A stretch of 64,000 nucleotides of DNA from Klebsormidium nitens (taxonomy: Eukaryota; Plantae; Klebsormidiophyceae): NCBI GenBank assembly GCA_000708835.1, contig DF236950.1, positions 466,129-530,128 on the forward strand. Reading direction: 5' to 3'. Below are positions 22,575-35,304 of the stretch, piece by piece. The translations under genes and the position numbers were made by a program. Under the pieces are notes generated by a model. That model was not told the DNA's origin, searched no databases, and saw only the letters and a list, made by a program, of their open reading frames with translations. Within the stretch, counting starts at the first letter, position 1; the number at the start of each line of letters is the position of its first letter.

Positions 22575-23406
22575 ACCTTTAATGCTACATTCCTCTGAAT
22601 ATCAAATCGGAACAGTCTGGCATCAGGTAAGTTCGAGTCTATCAGAGTGTCCACAATCTTAGGGTCCCACGTGTAGCATCTCATCGTTTTCAAAATTCAG
22701 GGTCTGTACCGGGTATAAGCGCGCGGCAGGCCATTTTTGAAACCTGACACCCTCTTCTGAGCATTGTAAGGGGCGTGCACATTGCATGGGCCGGACACCC
22801 TCTTAGACCGTACGACCCATAATCAACATACTGGCGCTGAATCTGTTCTCAACAACTATAGTTGATACTGCTCTCAAACGCTAGTGAGAGCCCCGATCGA
22901 GTCCGCCCCAGGCAACCAATTCGTTGGGGGCCTTATATGTACTAACTGATTCATCATGTGAGCTATATATACCATGTTGTCACCGTCACATGTGCTGCAC
23001 CAACTAAAGAATAGATATATTAGCTTATATACATATATGCGACTGATGTTGCACATTCAGAGACCTCATCGTTACATACTGTGGTACTCTGCACGCAATC
23101 GTGTGCCCCTGTCACATGGCAGTGTATGCATATATCAATGCGCGCTCGATCTGATAAATTGATAAAATAAATGCGTTGATCAGTTCCTGCATGGGACATG
23201 GCTGCATGCACATGGCGCAGTGAATCATTGGCTGCAGAGCCTGTCATGCTGATCTTCAATTGCTCGGAAACCGTCTAGCAAGCACCGTCACCTTCGTCTT
23301 GGAGTTGGTGCACATATAGCGCGCATGGGTAAACATGTTAAGGCGCATGATTTGCGCGGGCACACTATATACGGCTGTGCCTTGCAACTACTTCCGAGTA
23401 TGTGGC

Positions 23407-26400
23407 TCATGTGACCGTCAAGAGATCCTGTCTTTTGCTGAGGGCGCTATTTACTATTGTTTCGAGGTCTTTCGTTGCTTTGGCGACGTCTGGCTGATCA
23501 AACACTCCCGACACAATGGCTACTCCATCAGGACCTTTTGTATTCGCCTTGGCGGCCGACAGTACTTCAGCTGCATTCGTCGTTTTGATCCCTCCTATGG
23601 CAACGACCGGAAGCGGAGTGCTCTCGCAGACCTCGAGCAGACCTTTTATCCCAATCGTTACGTTATTTTCTTTTGTGTTGGTCGGAAAGACGCCCCCTGA
23701 CCCGAGGTAATCCGCCCCATCTTCAAGTGCCTTTCGCGCCTGCTCTGGCGTCTTGGTAGATATCCCGATGATCCTGTCCGGCCCCAGCAGGGCACGTGCC
23801 AGCCTGAGCGGCATGTCCGACTGCCCGATGTGCACCCCGTCGGCCCCCACCGCCAGCGCGACGTCGATCCGATCATTGATCACGAGCGGGACTCCCGCTT
23901 CCCGCGCCAGCGCCACCACCTCTTGCGCCTCCTTCACAAAGTCCCCGGTGCCGATGTCCTTCTCCCGCAGCTGCAGAATGGTGGCGCCCCCCTCAATGGC
24001 GGCCCGCATCGCCTCCACGTTGCTGCGGCCCCACCGCGCGTTCATGCGCGAGTCGCTGACGGCGTACACCGCCAGGTCGGATGGCCGGAAGCGCGCGCGG
24101 GGGGACTCCCGCGAGGTACCCCATGACGTTGTCCCGTAAAAGTGATTCAGCGGGCCTGCAAAACGGGGATACGGGGAAAGCACGCAAAGTCAGCACTTTT
24201 CAGATGTCTTCGGTTTGCAAGAAAGTCTAGGTCAGCGGCTGATGCAGCCCGTGCTTTTGAACATTCGAAGCTGCGCCAGGAATGCGGACTCTACTGAGGC
24301 ACGCACGTCGTGAGAATCTCGATCCTGTGAAAAGCACGAAGAGCAGCAAGATCGTGCGGACAGTTACTTGCAGATCCGCCCAGCAACGTGCCTGATTTGC
24401 CGCAAGCTTTGCCGCAGTCCTCACCGTGCTTCCCCTGGCCCAGCTGCAACCAGGCGCTGCTCTTGAGGGCCTCCGTGAGGTACCCCTTGGCCGCGCTCAC
24501 TGCCGCCACGAGCGGCCGCCCCTTGGCCAGCTCCGCCGCGATGCCCGACGCCAGCGTGCACCCCGTCCCGTGCGTGTTCCGCGTGTCGACCCACCCCGCC
24601 TCCAGCTCGTGCAGCCTCTCGCCGTCAAACAACACATCCACCGCCAGTCTTCCCCCTGCCACGTGCCCCCCCTTGACCAGCACGGCCTTGGGCCCCAGCT
24701 CGAACAGTGCCGTGGCGGCCCGCTTCATGCCCTCCAGGTCCGTGATGTCTTCTTCCCACCCCAGTAGAGCCTTGGCCTCGGGCAGGTTGGGCGTGATGAC
24801 GTCAGCGCGCGGCAGGAGCAGCTCTCGCAGCGCCCCGAGCGTGTCCCCGCCCACCAGCACATCCCCGCTGGTCGCCACCATGACGGGGTCCACCACCAGC
24901 CGCACCGCGGGCCGCTTCGCCAAGCACTCAACGACCGCGCGGATGATGTCAGCAGACGGCAGCATGCCCGTCTTGACGCAGTCGCACCCGATGTCTGACA
25001 GCACCGCCTCGACCTGCGCTCGCACGAAGTCGGCTGGCACGGGGTGGATGCCCTGCACGCCCGCCGTGTTCTGTGCGGTCAGCGCCGTGACGACGGACAT
25101 GGAGTACACCCCGAGCGCGCCGGCCGTCTTCATGTCCGCCTGAATTCCCGCACCCCCGCCCGAGTCCGACCCCGCTATCGTCAGCATGCGGGGGACTATG
25201 GGCGCCTGCCCTGCCGCCTTCTCGACCTGGGCTGAGAGCGTGTACAGAGTGGCGCGCCCGGTCGATGCGGAGGCCAATGCGCGGGAGGGGCTAGCGGAGA
25301 AGTTTCCGGCTGGGCTGCCGTTTCCAGTGGGTGGGGGTGTTGGGCGCGTGGCGGGCTGACGACAGACGTCCAGCAGGCGGTCAATCTCTGACCAGGACTG
25401 GGCCTGGAGCAGGCGGCCCGTGCCCCTGCGGCTCTCCACTGGGCGGTCCTGATGCTGTGCCAGAAACTCGGGGACGGCCTGGAGGGTGACCCCAAACGCA
25501 CGGCAGACGCGCTCAGCGCTGGCGCTGCAGCCCAGCAGCACGCCCAGATCTGCGCTGACCAGGGGCAGCAGGTCCGTCACGCTGTCGCCAACGTACACAG
25601 TCAGGCCCTGTGACTCGGCGGGCTTCCTCGCACTTGGAGGAGAGGCGCCGGGGGGCGCAGCTGCGGAGGCCAGCCGTTCGAAGCAGGCCTCCTTGTGGAG
25701 GGGCGTGTGGATGCCCCCCGAGAGGGCCCCAGTAGAGACCTCGCCCTGCTGTTCCAGCTCGTTGCTCAAAATCTCAGGAGGGGGCGTAACAGCTGCATCA
25801 AGGAGGCGATAGCGTTAGAATGCAAATCGAAGGCGTGAAAGGGATAGTCTTCTCGAATTCTGTAGAGGAGTCGGGACCAACAGACAGCAGGCAGGTATGA
25901 GGACATGTTTTGAACTTGACCTCCTTCGGATGGATGCGCATCAGTACAGCGATTGAAGCAACTGCCTAGTTAGCCAATCCACCATATTATAGATCGGCTC
26001 TTCCCTGAAACACAGAGAAGTGGAGGCAGGAGCTTCTTATGGACCTTGGTGAAGATTTTGCGTGGGGAATTTCGTTGTACCTGGCCAGGCGTCCAGGTGC
26101 AGGGCCGCAGAGAGGAGCTCTCGGGAGGGGTTCACGGAGAGGACGGACACAGCGATTTTGTCATGAGCACAGCGGTGCAGCACGCGCAGGCAGCCCTCCT
26201 GCAGGGGAACACGCCCCGCCCTGACGGCGTCCGCAATGGCGGGGCGGGAGACGCCTGCCAGCAGCTTGTTGCGCACCAGGTCGTCCATGCTGGCCTGCTC
26301 CATGACAGACATGGCCGCCAGGAAGCGCCGCAGGGCAGGCAGGTCAAATGCCTCACGGCGCTGGGGGGCCTGCGAGGAGGCCGCCCACAGTCAGTGCAAG

Positions 26401-27477
26401 GATAGAGTGAGAGAACCGTGAAGGACAACGATGAGGGATCATGTCGCAGGAGCTGTATTCTTTAAAAGCATACCAAGCAGTACAACTGGTTGTAGCTCTG
26501 GCTAGATTGCGCACCAGAACTTGTTTCCTTTAGTCCACTGCATCATCTTCAGACAGGAAATGTTTTTGTTAGAAGCTGTGGGTGAGGTGAACATGGTCTG
26601 GCCCCACCTCCTGCAGTGCCAGGGCCATGGCCTTGTCGTACTGCTCCATGTACGCCAGCCCCGCTTCTTTCCAGGCCTGCCGGATCGCCGCCCCTCTCTC
26701 AAGATCATTCCGCGCCTCCGCCTCCTCTGCCGCTAGTTCTCCGTACAGGGCAGTGGTGTCACGCTGTGTGCACGTAGAATCAAAGTCCACCACCAGCCTC
26801 GAGACACAGCTGCCGCGAGGGCTGCCCATCGGAGCCAGCGGAGCAGTGCGGCCAGAAATGGTGGTAGCACCAGCTGTCGTGCGGGTCAAGGATGCTTGAT
26901 ACCCGGCAGTGACGGGTCTGTCGAGGCCCCTCTCGCGGTTGATGCGGCTGAAGGACAAAGGCCTGTGGGGTCGCCTGGGCACCTGAGGAGAGGGTGGACA
27001 CTGCAAGGACTTGATGGTGGTTGGTGGTTGCAAACCCCCGACAATCTTTGCAACACTGGGGCTAATAGCAACGAGGAAGAGAACGTGGACAAAACATGGT
27101 GGTGGTATATATTGCACCAGAAACCATAACAAAACCCTGTCAGAGGCGTGGAAAGTGATGGGAACATTGCCTCTGCAATGCTGTCCATCGGAGGTCCCCC
27201 ACAGACCGCTGAGCAATGAGATTCAATTTCAGGGATGGCGGAGATATGCCAGGCTCTGGATTGTGAGATGAATGCATGGCCAGTTGATCAAGCACAGCGC
27301 CACTGCAGGCTTGCCGATGCGACCAAGGTCACTCACCGGCCTTATTGATGGTGGCAGCACGGCGCTCCGAGCAGGGGACGCGTGAGCTTTCCCAGGTTTG
27401 CTTGATAGATTCCACTGCCACCTGCAGCTTCCAACAACTCTGGACCGAATTAGTGAAGCCGCAAGCGGAGAACCCAT
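23407..27477 (-). CDS. TH1: Thiamine biosynthesis fusion: transit peptide + TH2-like HAD phosphatase + ThiD (HMP/HMP-P kinase) + ThiE (thiamine-phosphate synthase), ~969 aa
   Basis: Exons 27477-27422, 27208-27136, 26982-26608, 26369-26081, 25792-24425 and 24155-23407 total 2910 nt in phase. HAD motifs: DFDSTCT, SVLSVN, TPLHKEACF, YVGDSVTDLLPLVSADLG. ThiD motifs: TIAGSDSGGGAGIQAD, VKTGML, VVDPVM, TPNLPEA, KGGH, THGTGCTLAS. ThiE motifs: QLREK, INDRIDVA, GVHIGQSD, FPTNTK, VAIGGI. Confidence 0.93.
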
Positions 27478-28212
27478 TGCAGCTCCCACATCCGAGACGT
27501 CTCCAGTCCAGCCAGATGTTGCGACCGATAAGTTGCTGGCACCACCTCTGATGATTTTATAAGGTCATTGCTCCCATTGCCGATCAATTGCATGAGAATG
27601 AACCAAGAAGGGTGCACCGTGCAGCATCAGCAGCGCCACATTTCAGCGATCAGCTGGCCATAGGTCATATAGGTACATGGCATGCAGTCCTGAACACGAA
27701 GGGAAGGGTTGAGCTTTAACCTTCTAAGTGATTTCGCATTTCTTTATTAACCGTCGTGGCCTCGAAGTGAGTACCGTAACCCACCTCTGTTGACCCACCG
27801 TATACCCCACGTCTGTCGGGTTACGTAAAGCTCGGGTTAGCAGCTACCGGCCCAGGTCAGGTTAAAGTCGTGTTGCAAAAGAAACATCTAACCAAGATTC
27901 TGGAATCTCCGTTGTCCAATCAATGCAATGCAATGCACTGCCCTTTGCTTTGCCCTGGAGGCTGGGGCCGGGCCTCTGCTTTGCCGTTTGCTTTTTGGCA
28001 TTGCGCAGCAGCTTGAACCTCTTTGGATCAGACTGAGAAGTTCGGGGAGCGTCCTTGACGAGTCCTTTATGGGCCGTTTGCCGCAGCTAGGCAACAGGGC
28101 TGCTGAGGTTTCGGAGGGGTGCTTTGAAGGTTGCATGCATGAAGAGTACGAGGCGGGAGGTTCAGTAAGGAGTTGATTGCAGCTAAGCGGCTGAACTGCC
28201 TTTCTCCCGAAG

Positions 28213-31200
28213 ATGGTGGAGCCACGTGGGCAGCTCCAGTTGACGTTGGCGAGTCTTTCCTCCAACATGCATGACGCCCTGCTACAGCTGACCTCCAATG
28301 ACGATTCCGACAAGAATGACAATGCGGAGTCTGCATTGGCCCCATTCGAGCATCCCCAGCTCCCACTGTTTCTCCATAAGCTGGACAAGCTGAAAGCGCA
28401 ACTAAACAAGACGTGTGATGGTTGGAGGAGTAGATGTGTTGAACTGCAAACGCAGGCTGGGAGGCAGATGCAGCACTTTCAACGCAGCCTACAAGCAACC
28501 GCCCAAAGACTCCCACACCAATTTAAGCGTCCTCCCGGCCAAAGTCCTCGCAGGAGAAAGGCGAATCGAGGTTTGCACTTAGTCAGTGCGGTCGGCAATC
28601 CTGCACGTGCAAAGGTTGGGGCAAGCAGCAGCGCATCCGGTGTGGGGGCCAGCAAGAATGCACTTGCGGGGGGCCTGGCCGGGGGCTTGGTCGCCTTGTC
28701 TCTGTATCCGGTGGACACCATCAAGACCCTGGTACAGGCAGAGACAGGGGCTGGCCAGCGGTCAATTCCCCGCATCTTCCAGAAGCTGGTGGAGAAACAT
28801 GGTGAGGGCAGCCCAGAGTGGTAGAATTGAACCAGTCTCCTACTTCTCTCTCAAGTCTAACTGGCCCCTCTGGTGGCAAGTGGGGATCTATATCTCTTTG
28901 AACAGCTTGAAAGCTTCAGTTCGAGAGTCAGTGCACATTCATCTTCACTTTGGAATGTGAACAAAGTGCTCTGCAGCGACGGAACCACACAACCAATTGT
29001 AAGCAGTATTTGAAGTTCAAGGTACAATTGGAATGTGTGGCTGGATTGAGATCCTGCTTGCGAATGCCGATGAGGCACACGATGCTCACACTCCATGCCT
29101 CGCCAGGGATGTTTGGGCTGTATCGAGGATTGGGCAGCAACCTAGTGACGGCCACCCCGATCTCTGCCATCTATGCCAGCACGTACGAGGCCGTGAAAGA
29201 GGTGCTGCTGCCCCACCTGCCACCGGTGAGGGACTCGCTGCGCCCTTCGATATGTAAGCTTGCCCCTGTGCATCTGCGGGCAGTGTTTATAGTAACTTTG
29301 TGGATTTGTAATGCACAACAACATGCTTTAATCTGTTGGTGGTAGATAGTGCCTGTGGCCATGGGACATTCTCTAGGAGAGGTTTACATTGCAAAGGACT
29401 TGTGGCTGTGCAGAAGTTCCAGTCGGTGGCCCACTGTAGCGCGGGGGCAGCCGCCAGCGTGGCCACCTCGTTTGTGTTTACCCCCAGCGAGGTGGTCAAG
29501 CAGCGCATGCAGTACACCAGCCAGTACGCCAACAGCTGGTCAGCCCCAGCCCTGCCTCGCTGCCTGCCTTCCTCGCCTGTTCGGAAATGATGTTGCAGAG
29601 TATCGTCCTCTGGAAGGATAACACCTCTCACATCTCTCTAACCATTTGTTTAATATGGAGAGTGATCTTTGTCTCAACTGCTTCTCAGTTTCTCCAACGT
29701 AGTGTTGACCTGTTGAAGTTTGAGGCCAAGATCGCTGTTCTGGCTGCGTTCAGGTCGGCTTTCTTGGGCATTCTGCGAACAGAGGGGATCACCTCGCTGT
29801 ACAACGGGTGGGGAGCTGTGCTCGCCAGAAACATTCCGAACTCCATTATCAAGGTTGGCTTCCAAAATGGGAGCAGCTCCTCCTGCCTTGACCTGATTGA
29901 CCTGTTGACTTGATGGCCTGATCAAATGGATGCTTAGGCGCATGTTTGGTGGCTAGTGTAGCTTCCAGGAGTAAGATTCTGCTTTCACGAGTCGAAGAGA
30001 ATCCTTTGGTGGATATTCGGCTCATGATCAGTGTATCCCATCACTCAAGAGTCAATGGGTCACAGCGCTCTGTGAGCTAGTCAAAGAAGCGAGTCGACTT
30101 TCCATGCATCGCTTTTGTCAGAAGTCGAGGGGAGTTTTGCGCTTCGTTAAGATTTCAGCACGTTTCGATGTTGTTGCAAGGGGTTATCGCAGGCAGACCT
30201 CTAGTTGGTAACGAGCACAAACCAGAATGCGCCACAGCTTATTGTACCCGCTACTGAATGTTATGCGCTTGGTTACAAGAGCAGTGTGCTCTTCGTAGCG
30301 ACGCCTCAGGTCCCGTGAGGAAAGCCATTCATCAATGTCTAACAGTCGCTCGTTGTTGGTTGTGCAGTTCTACACGTACGAGAGTCTCAAGAAGCTGGCT
30401 CTGGACAGGCGGCCCGGAGCCACCCGGCTCACGCAACTAGAGTCGGTGAGCCTCTCACTGGTGCCCCTCACTGAGCCGTCACTCCGTTCGCGGTCTAGCT
30501 TCAGGGCCCATTCGGGGCCAGCTGTGAAGAGTAAGGCAGTAGTGCAGTTGCCACGCAACGATAGAACCGCTCCGTGCTTTGAATCCCGACTGTGAGCAAT
30601 GGCGGCTTAGGATGTCGAGCTCACACAAGCTGGAAAACTGACGCTTCTTGTCCGGTTTCGCAGCTCGTGATTGGCGGCGTGTCCGGCGTCTCGGCGGCCT
30701 TCTGCACTACACCCTTCGACGTGGTCAAGACCAGGCTGCAGAACCAGGTACTGCGGTCCTGGAATTTGCCATTCCTCCTGAGAAACGCCGGCCATCTCTT
30801 CGTCTCGTCTCCGCACTGCCTCCACTGTCGCCCTTTTTACTTTTGCCAAATGTTTATGCGCACAAAGGACTCAACAGGGGCAGGATGGCCCGCACTTGAC
30901 CGCGTCGCATGACCGGTGCAGATGCCGGGCCAGACGATCCAGTACGGCGGGGTCACGGAGTGCTTAAGAAAGATTGTCGCGGAAGAAGGCGTGGCCGGCC
31001 TGTACCGGTGAGGGCACATCCGTCCGCTGATGTCCTCGAGGTCCAAGAAGTCGCTGGCAGGGCTCGCCGAGCCGTTTCTTGCAACGCTCCCCTCAACCTC
31101 TCGTTGCACCACTCTGAAATAGGTGTGGGTACAGTGTTTAGAGCGCTCTGCGTCCTCTATCTGCAATGACAGGCTGAATGCGAAGAAGCCCCCGAGTATT

Positions 31201-31472
31201 CTCACGCCGTGCAGTCTCGTCGGGGCTTCTTGCCGTCAGATCTATAGATATGGAGGCAGCGTCGCAGAAGTGATGGTTTCCATGTTCGCCGCAGGGGAGT
31301 CGGGCCGCGCCTCTTCATCTACGTTTCTCAGGGGGCCATCTTCTTTGCATCGTACGAAGTGCTCAAACGCGTGCTGCAAGACGAGTGGCGCATTGCGCCA
31401 AGAGAAGGGGGCACAATCGGATACAAGGAATCCGCGCCCGCCCCGTTGCAGAAGGCGGCCAAGATAGGATAG
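28213..31472 (+). CDS. Mitochondrial carrier family (SLC25) protein, SAM-carrier-like subfamily, with long N-terminal extension
   Basis: Exons 28213-28801, 29107-29225, 29414-29538, 29754-29853, 30368-30445, 30664-30747, 30922-31007 and 31295-31472. Three carrier signatures are present (PVDTIK, PSEVVKQ, PFDVVKTRLQ), along with GLYRG motifs and RNIPNSIIKF. The start may extend to 27928 via a 48-nt intron. Confidence 0.9.
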
Positions 31473-32676
31473 CTGTTTCACGGGGAGCCCGATTGCGACA
31501 TGATGTAACGATGTGTGTTTGGACGTCGAATTTCATGTTGTGCATGTCAACCAACGCATACTGTCTGATGGAAGAGCACCTGGTTCTTGACTGGTCCAAT
31601 CTTCCGGGAAACGTTTCAAAGCACGCGCGTCTTGGGAAAGGCACCGCTGTTTTGCTTCGAAATGCGGCTTTGCTTTTCTGAATTCGATGGAGTACATCAA
31701 GAACTGAACTAGGGAAGTTGAGATTTCCGAGGAGAGTACAACCCGCTCACGAACGTCCTCTACAGGTGATAGGCATTCAATGAAGCAGCTTGCTAGGGTA
31801 AAAACTTCAACTACGCACATCTAAATCGGTCGCATGAAGGTCCAATATCAGCAGGTCCAATATCATAATAGAATCAGAGCGCGCGGCCGAACAATCACAC
31901 ACATGCGACATGGCCCGTGCATGTTTGTCATTCAAAATGTTGCCAACTGCAGCAACGAAGGATCGAAGACTATCCATTACGAGATTATATTATAAAAGAC
32001 TATCAATAAAGGTAACCTGGCAATCAAAACGAGTCACTGAATGTTGTGCAAGAGATGAGAGCGACCAGAGGTCTCGTGCTGCAGTCGCCTGGATAGCACG
32101 ACTTCGGACACCTCAGGCTCAGCACTATATTTGCCATTTGGGCCTGGTATGTGGCCGCATGCTCAACGCGGTACTACGTTCGACGTCGTCTTCTTCCCGC
32201 TCTCGTTAGCCCTTGTCTGGCGAGTGTCAAGCTTTACCGCCTGCTCATTACCGTGTCGAATCGGAGAGCGACAGCTGTGCAGAGCTAAAGTAGCTAGAGC
32301 CTCTGTGAGTTCTTAAAATTCTACATTCAAAGCTAGAACCAGTGGGTGGAGGCGTGCCTCTCAAATCCTCAGCTATGGGTACACCAATCTTGTCATTCTT
32401 GTCACGTTAGAGTCAGACCATCCTTCAAGATCAGGAGAGCTATCACCTCTAAGGATCGTTGCATCATTGCTTCCCTCGTTTGCATCTATTAGAGAATTTG
32501 TTTGACCGCTTATAGTTGGCAAGGGTTAGTGAGTGCTAAGCAGGCCAGCTTTCTCACCCGGTAGTTCTGGGCACTACTCTGGGTGCTCCTCATGAGCTGA
32601 GCGGGGCGAAGGCGCCTGCGAGGCGATGTAACTGTTTGGGAGGAAGGGCAGCCTTCTTCCACCTGGTTCAGCAAGG

Positions 32677-35304
32677 ATGGTGTTCTTTTTCAAAGCCCGG
32701 CCGTCGGTTGGGGACATCATGATATACATGGGGCTGGACAAGTACGAGAATGAGGACCTGATCAAGTACGGCCTGCCGGAGGACGTCTGGTGAGACATTG
32801 ACTTGATTGTGGGATGCTCGATGTGTGGTGGTTGTGGCAAGAACCAGTGTGACCTGATGTATGTTGCAAGTGCAACTTCAGGACCATGCTCCTTGTGGTC
32901 GGCAAATTACAAAGCCTTCAAGAAACGTATGTTCGTTTGAAACTGGCAAATTTGTTAAAGCTGGAGGGCTTGCCGGGGCGCCGTTTAAAAAGTAAGTGGC
33001 GTCGTGCGGATTGTTGTGTGCAATGCTGGCACGCTATGTGTGTCAACTCACGCTTGCTGTGGTTGTGTACAGGTTCCACGTGGACAAGATGTCGTCGGCG
33101 CACGTGTACTGCCGCCTGGCCAAGCACCAGTCCATTGAGAGCATGTCGGAGGAGCTGCTGGAGGACTGCGCCCAGCTGGTCAAGGCCAACTCCATCCAAG
33201 GTACACCACCTGCCGCAGCCCCCAGCGGGACCTGCAATGCAACCTTCTCTTTTGAGACTTCTTGTGTTCTGTCTCACGCAAGTCTGCCATGTTGAGGTGG
33301 CCACTTGCTTGCCCCTCCGTGTGGCTACAGGCTGGGGCTGTGGTGGGCTTATGTTGCCGACCACCAGACCTTACAAATCTGAGAAGGTTGTGTCAATAAA
33401 AACGAGCCTGTGTCAGACCTTGAGGTGAACACCTCATTATTGTGCGCAGTGCATGGCTCAGAAACGAAACACCTCGCCTGGAGCTACTGACTCGAAAACG
33501 GTCGTTTATGTGCGATCATCTCTCTGGATGTGAGAGCGACCCCTTGGGTATGCAGGAGGGTCCATCCTAACGGTGTGTTGCCGATGTTGCCGATGTGCTT
33601 ATGCCATCTTAAGTTTCGGAGACCTCTAAGATCTGAGAAAGTCAAAGCTCGCCCAAGTGTCTTGAAGGAACTCCAATGCTGTATTAGTGTTATTCTTGAA
33701 ACGTACGGAAGTCTCAAATCCTGTTGGTGTGTTCCTTCTTGCTGGAATATGCTCTGACATTTTATCAATGTGAAATGCTGGCAAGCTTTGAAATTTCCTC
33801 ATGGTCGTTGGCAGACTCGGGTGAGGTTTGAAGTCTATTCTTTTGAGCTGGCCATGTCCGCTGGCCAGGTCGCCAGTGCCAAAACGCGCAGATCAATGAT
33901 TGACGTTTTGCTAGAGGGACTCCCGCCCACTGGGGGCCAGCATCCTAAGCATGCGCTCCCTGCTCTTGTCTGCTCCTACAAGACTGGAATTACTCTTACT
34001 GCCACTCCCAATTCAGGAGCCTCATTCAGCAAAGTATGGAATGTGCGAGACTGGTCATCTGCCGAGGGGAAACGGTGTCAGAGGCCAATTGAAGCCCGTC
34101 ATCATTGATGGGACCTGTTGGATCGAAGCCGCCATATGACTCGTGTGTGCTTTGGATTGGCGCGGCCCATTGTTGCCCTGTGCCTCCCTCGAGCGGTCCC
34201 CTGAGCGGTGTGTGCGGTGCGTGCAGGCAACAAGGTGAACAACGTGGACGTGGTGTACACGCCGTGGGCCAACCTGAAGAAGACCCCCGGCATGGACGTC
34301 GGCCAGGTCGGCTTCCACAGCGGCAAGGCGGTGAGGCCCGCACTGCGCCAAGCGCTCAAGCTCAACCGTTCTTGATATCAGGTTTTGGGTCCGCGTATTT
34401 TCGTCACTGTTTCAGGGTTGTGTAATTTTGTCACTGAGTAACAAGGTCGGGCCGTTGGCTGCCTGTCGAGCTTACTCTGTTGCAGTAGCCGCGGTTTGGT
34501 TGTCTCCTCCAGTGAAGCCCACAACCAGATTGCTCGCTCAACTCCTGCGCCCTGCTCGTTGCAGGTCAAGACCGTCCGGGTGGAGAAGCGGCTCAACGAG
34601 GTGGTGAACCGACTGAACAAGACGAGGGTCGAGAGGAAGGTGGACCTCAAAGGTAATCGTTCATGCGATTTGCTCCGCTGATCGCGAGATCAGAGCGATC
34701 AGCAGAGATATTTGATCCATGGTCCTTCGAAATCGACTCCGACTCTGGCAAGTCCCGAAGCCGCATCCGAGCCTGTCCCCGCAACATAATTCTTCATCAG
34801 CGCGGTGTGGCCGTTAGATGCTATTTCTGCTCTGCTTGGCTGGCCCCGGGTGCTCATCGGTGCCAGTGGCTGTGTGCAGCGGAGCGCGAAGCGTACGATG
34901 CCGCGGAGAGGGCGGTCAGGAAACAGCAGGCCAAGGAAAAGGTGCGTCAGGCGCCATGGGCTGGTCTTTTATTCTGGATTGATGACGTGTCCGGTGTATC
35001 TGCAAAATTCAAAGATCCGTGCCGAATGTAGCGCTGGCTCATACGGTTCTTGTCGTCTCAGCGGTCTCTCTCGGTAGGCCCGAGGGTGTAACAGCAGGCC
35101 GTGACGTAGACGGGGCGCACGTGCTAAGTGGATGGCGCGCACCTGCAGATGAAGCGCGAGCTGGAGGCCAAGGCGCAGAACGAGCGGGACAAGGAGCTGC
35201 AGAGCTACAAGGGGCTGATGGACAAGAGCACCAAGATGGTGTCCAACAAGGACATCGACCTCAAGGGCAAGTCCGTGCGCGAGATCGAAGAGGACTTCAT
35301 GTAG
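32677..35304 (+). CDS. CCDC25: Coiled-coil domain-containing protein 25 (NFACT-R domain)
   Basis: Six exons encode MVFFFKARP...[23 protein letters not shown]|[15 protein letters not shown]...[15 protein letters not shown]|[30 protein letters not shown]...EEDFM*. Confidence 0.95.

Noticed and set aside
22690-22870. Short repeated gacaccctctt motif after LEA_2, resembling transposon-end sequence
   Set aside because: Only an 11-bp match, with no terminal inverted repeats or target duplication.
22900-27900. Possible TPP riboswitch in the introns or UTRs of the thiamine gene
   Set aside because: I could not find the conserved CTGAGA ... AACCTGA ... TAATxCCxGCG.AGG core by eye. An Infernal RF00059 scan would be decisive.
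31836-31865. 13-bp direct duplication aggtccaatatca
   Set aside because: Two copies only, consistent with ordinary local slippage.
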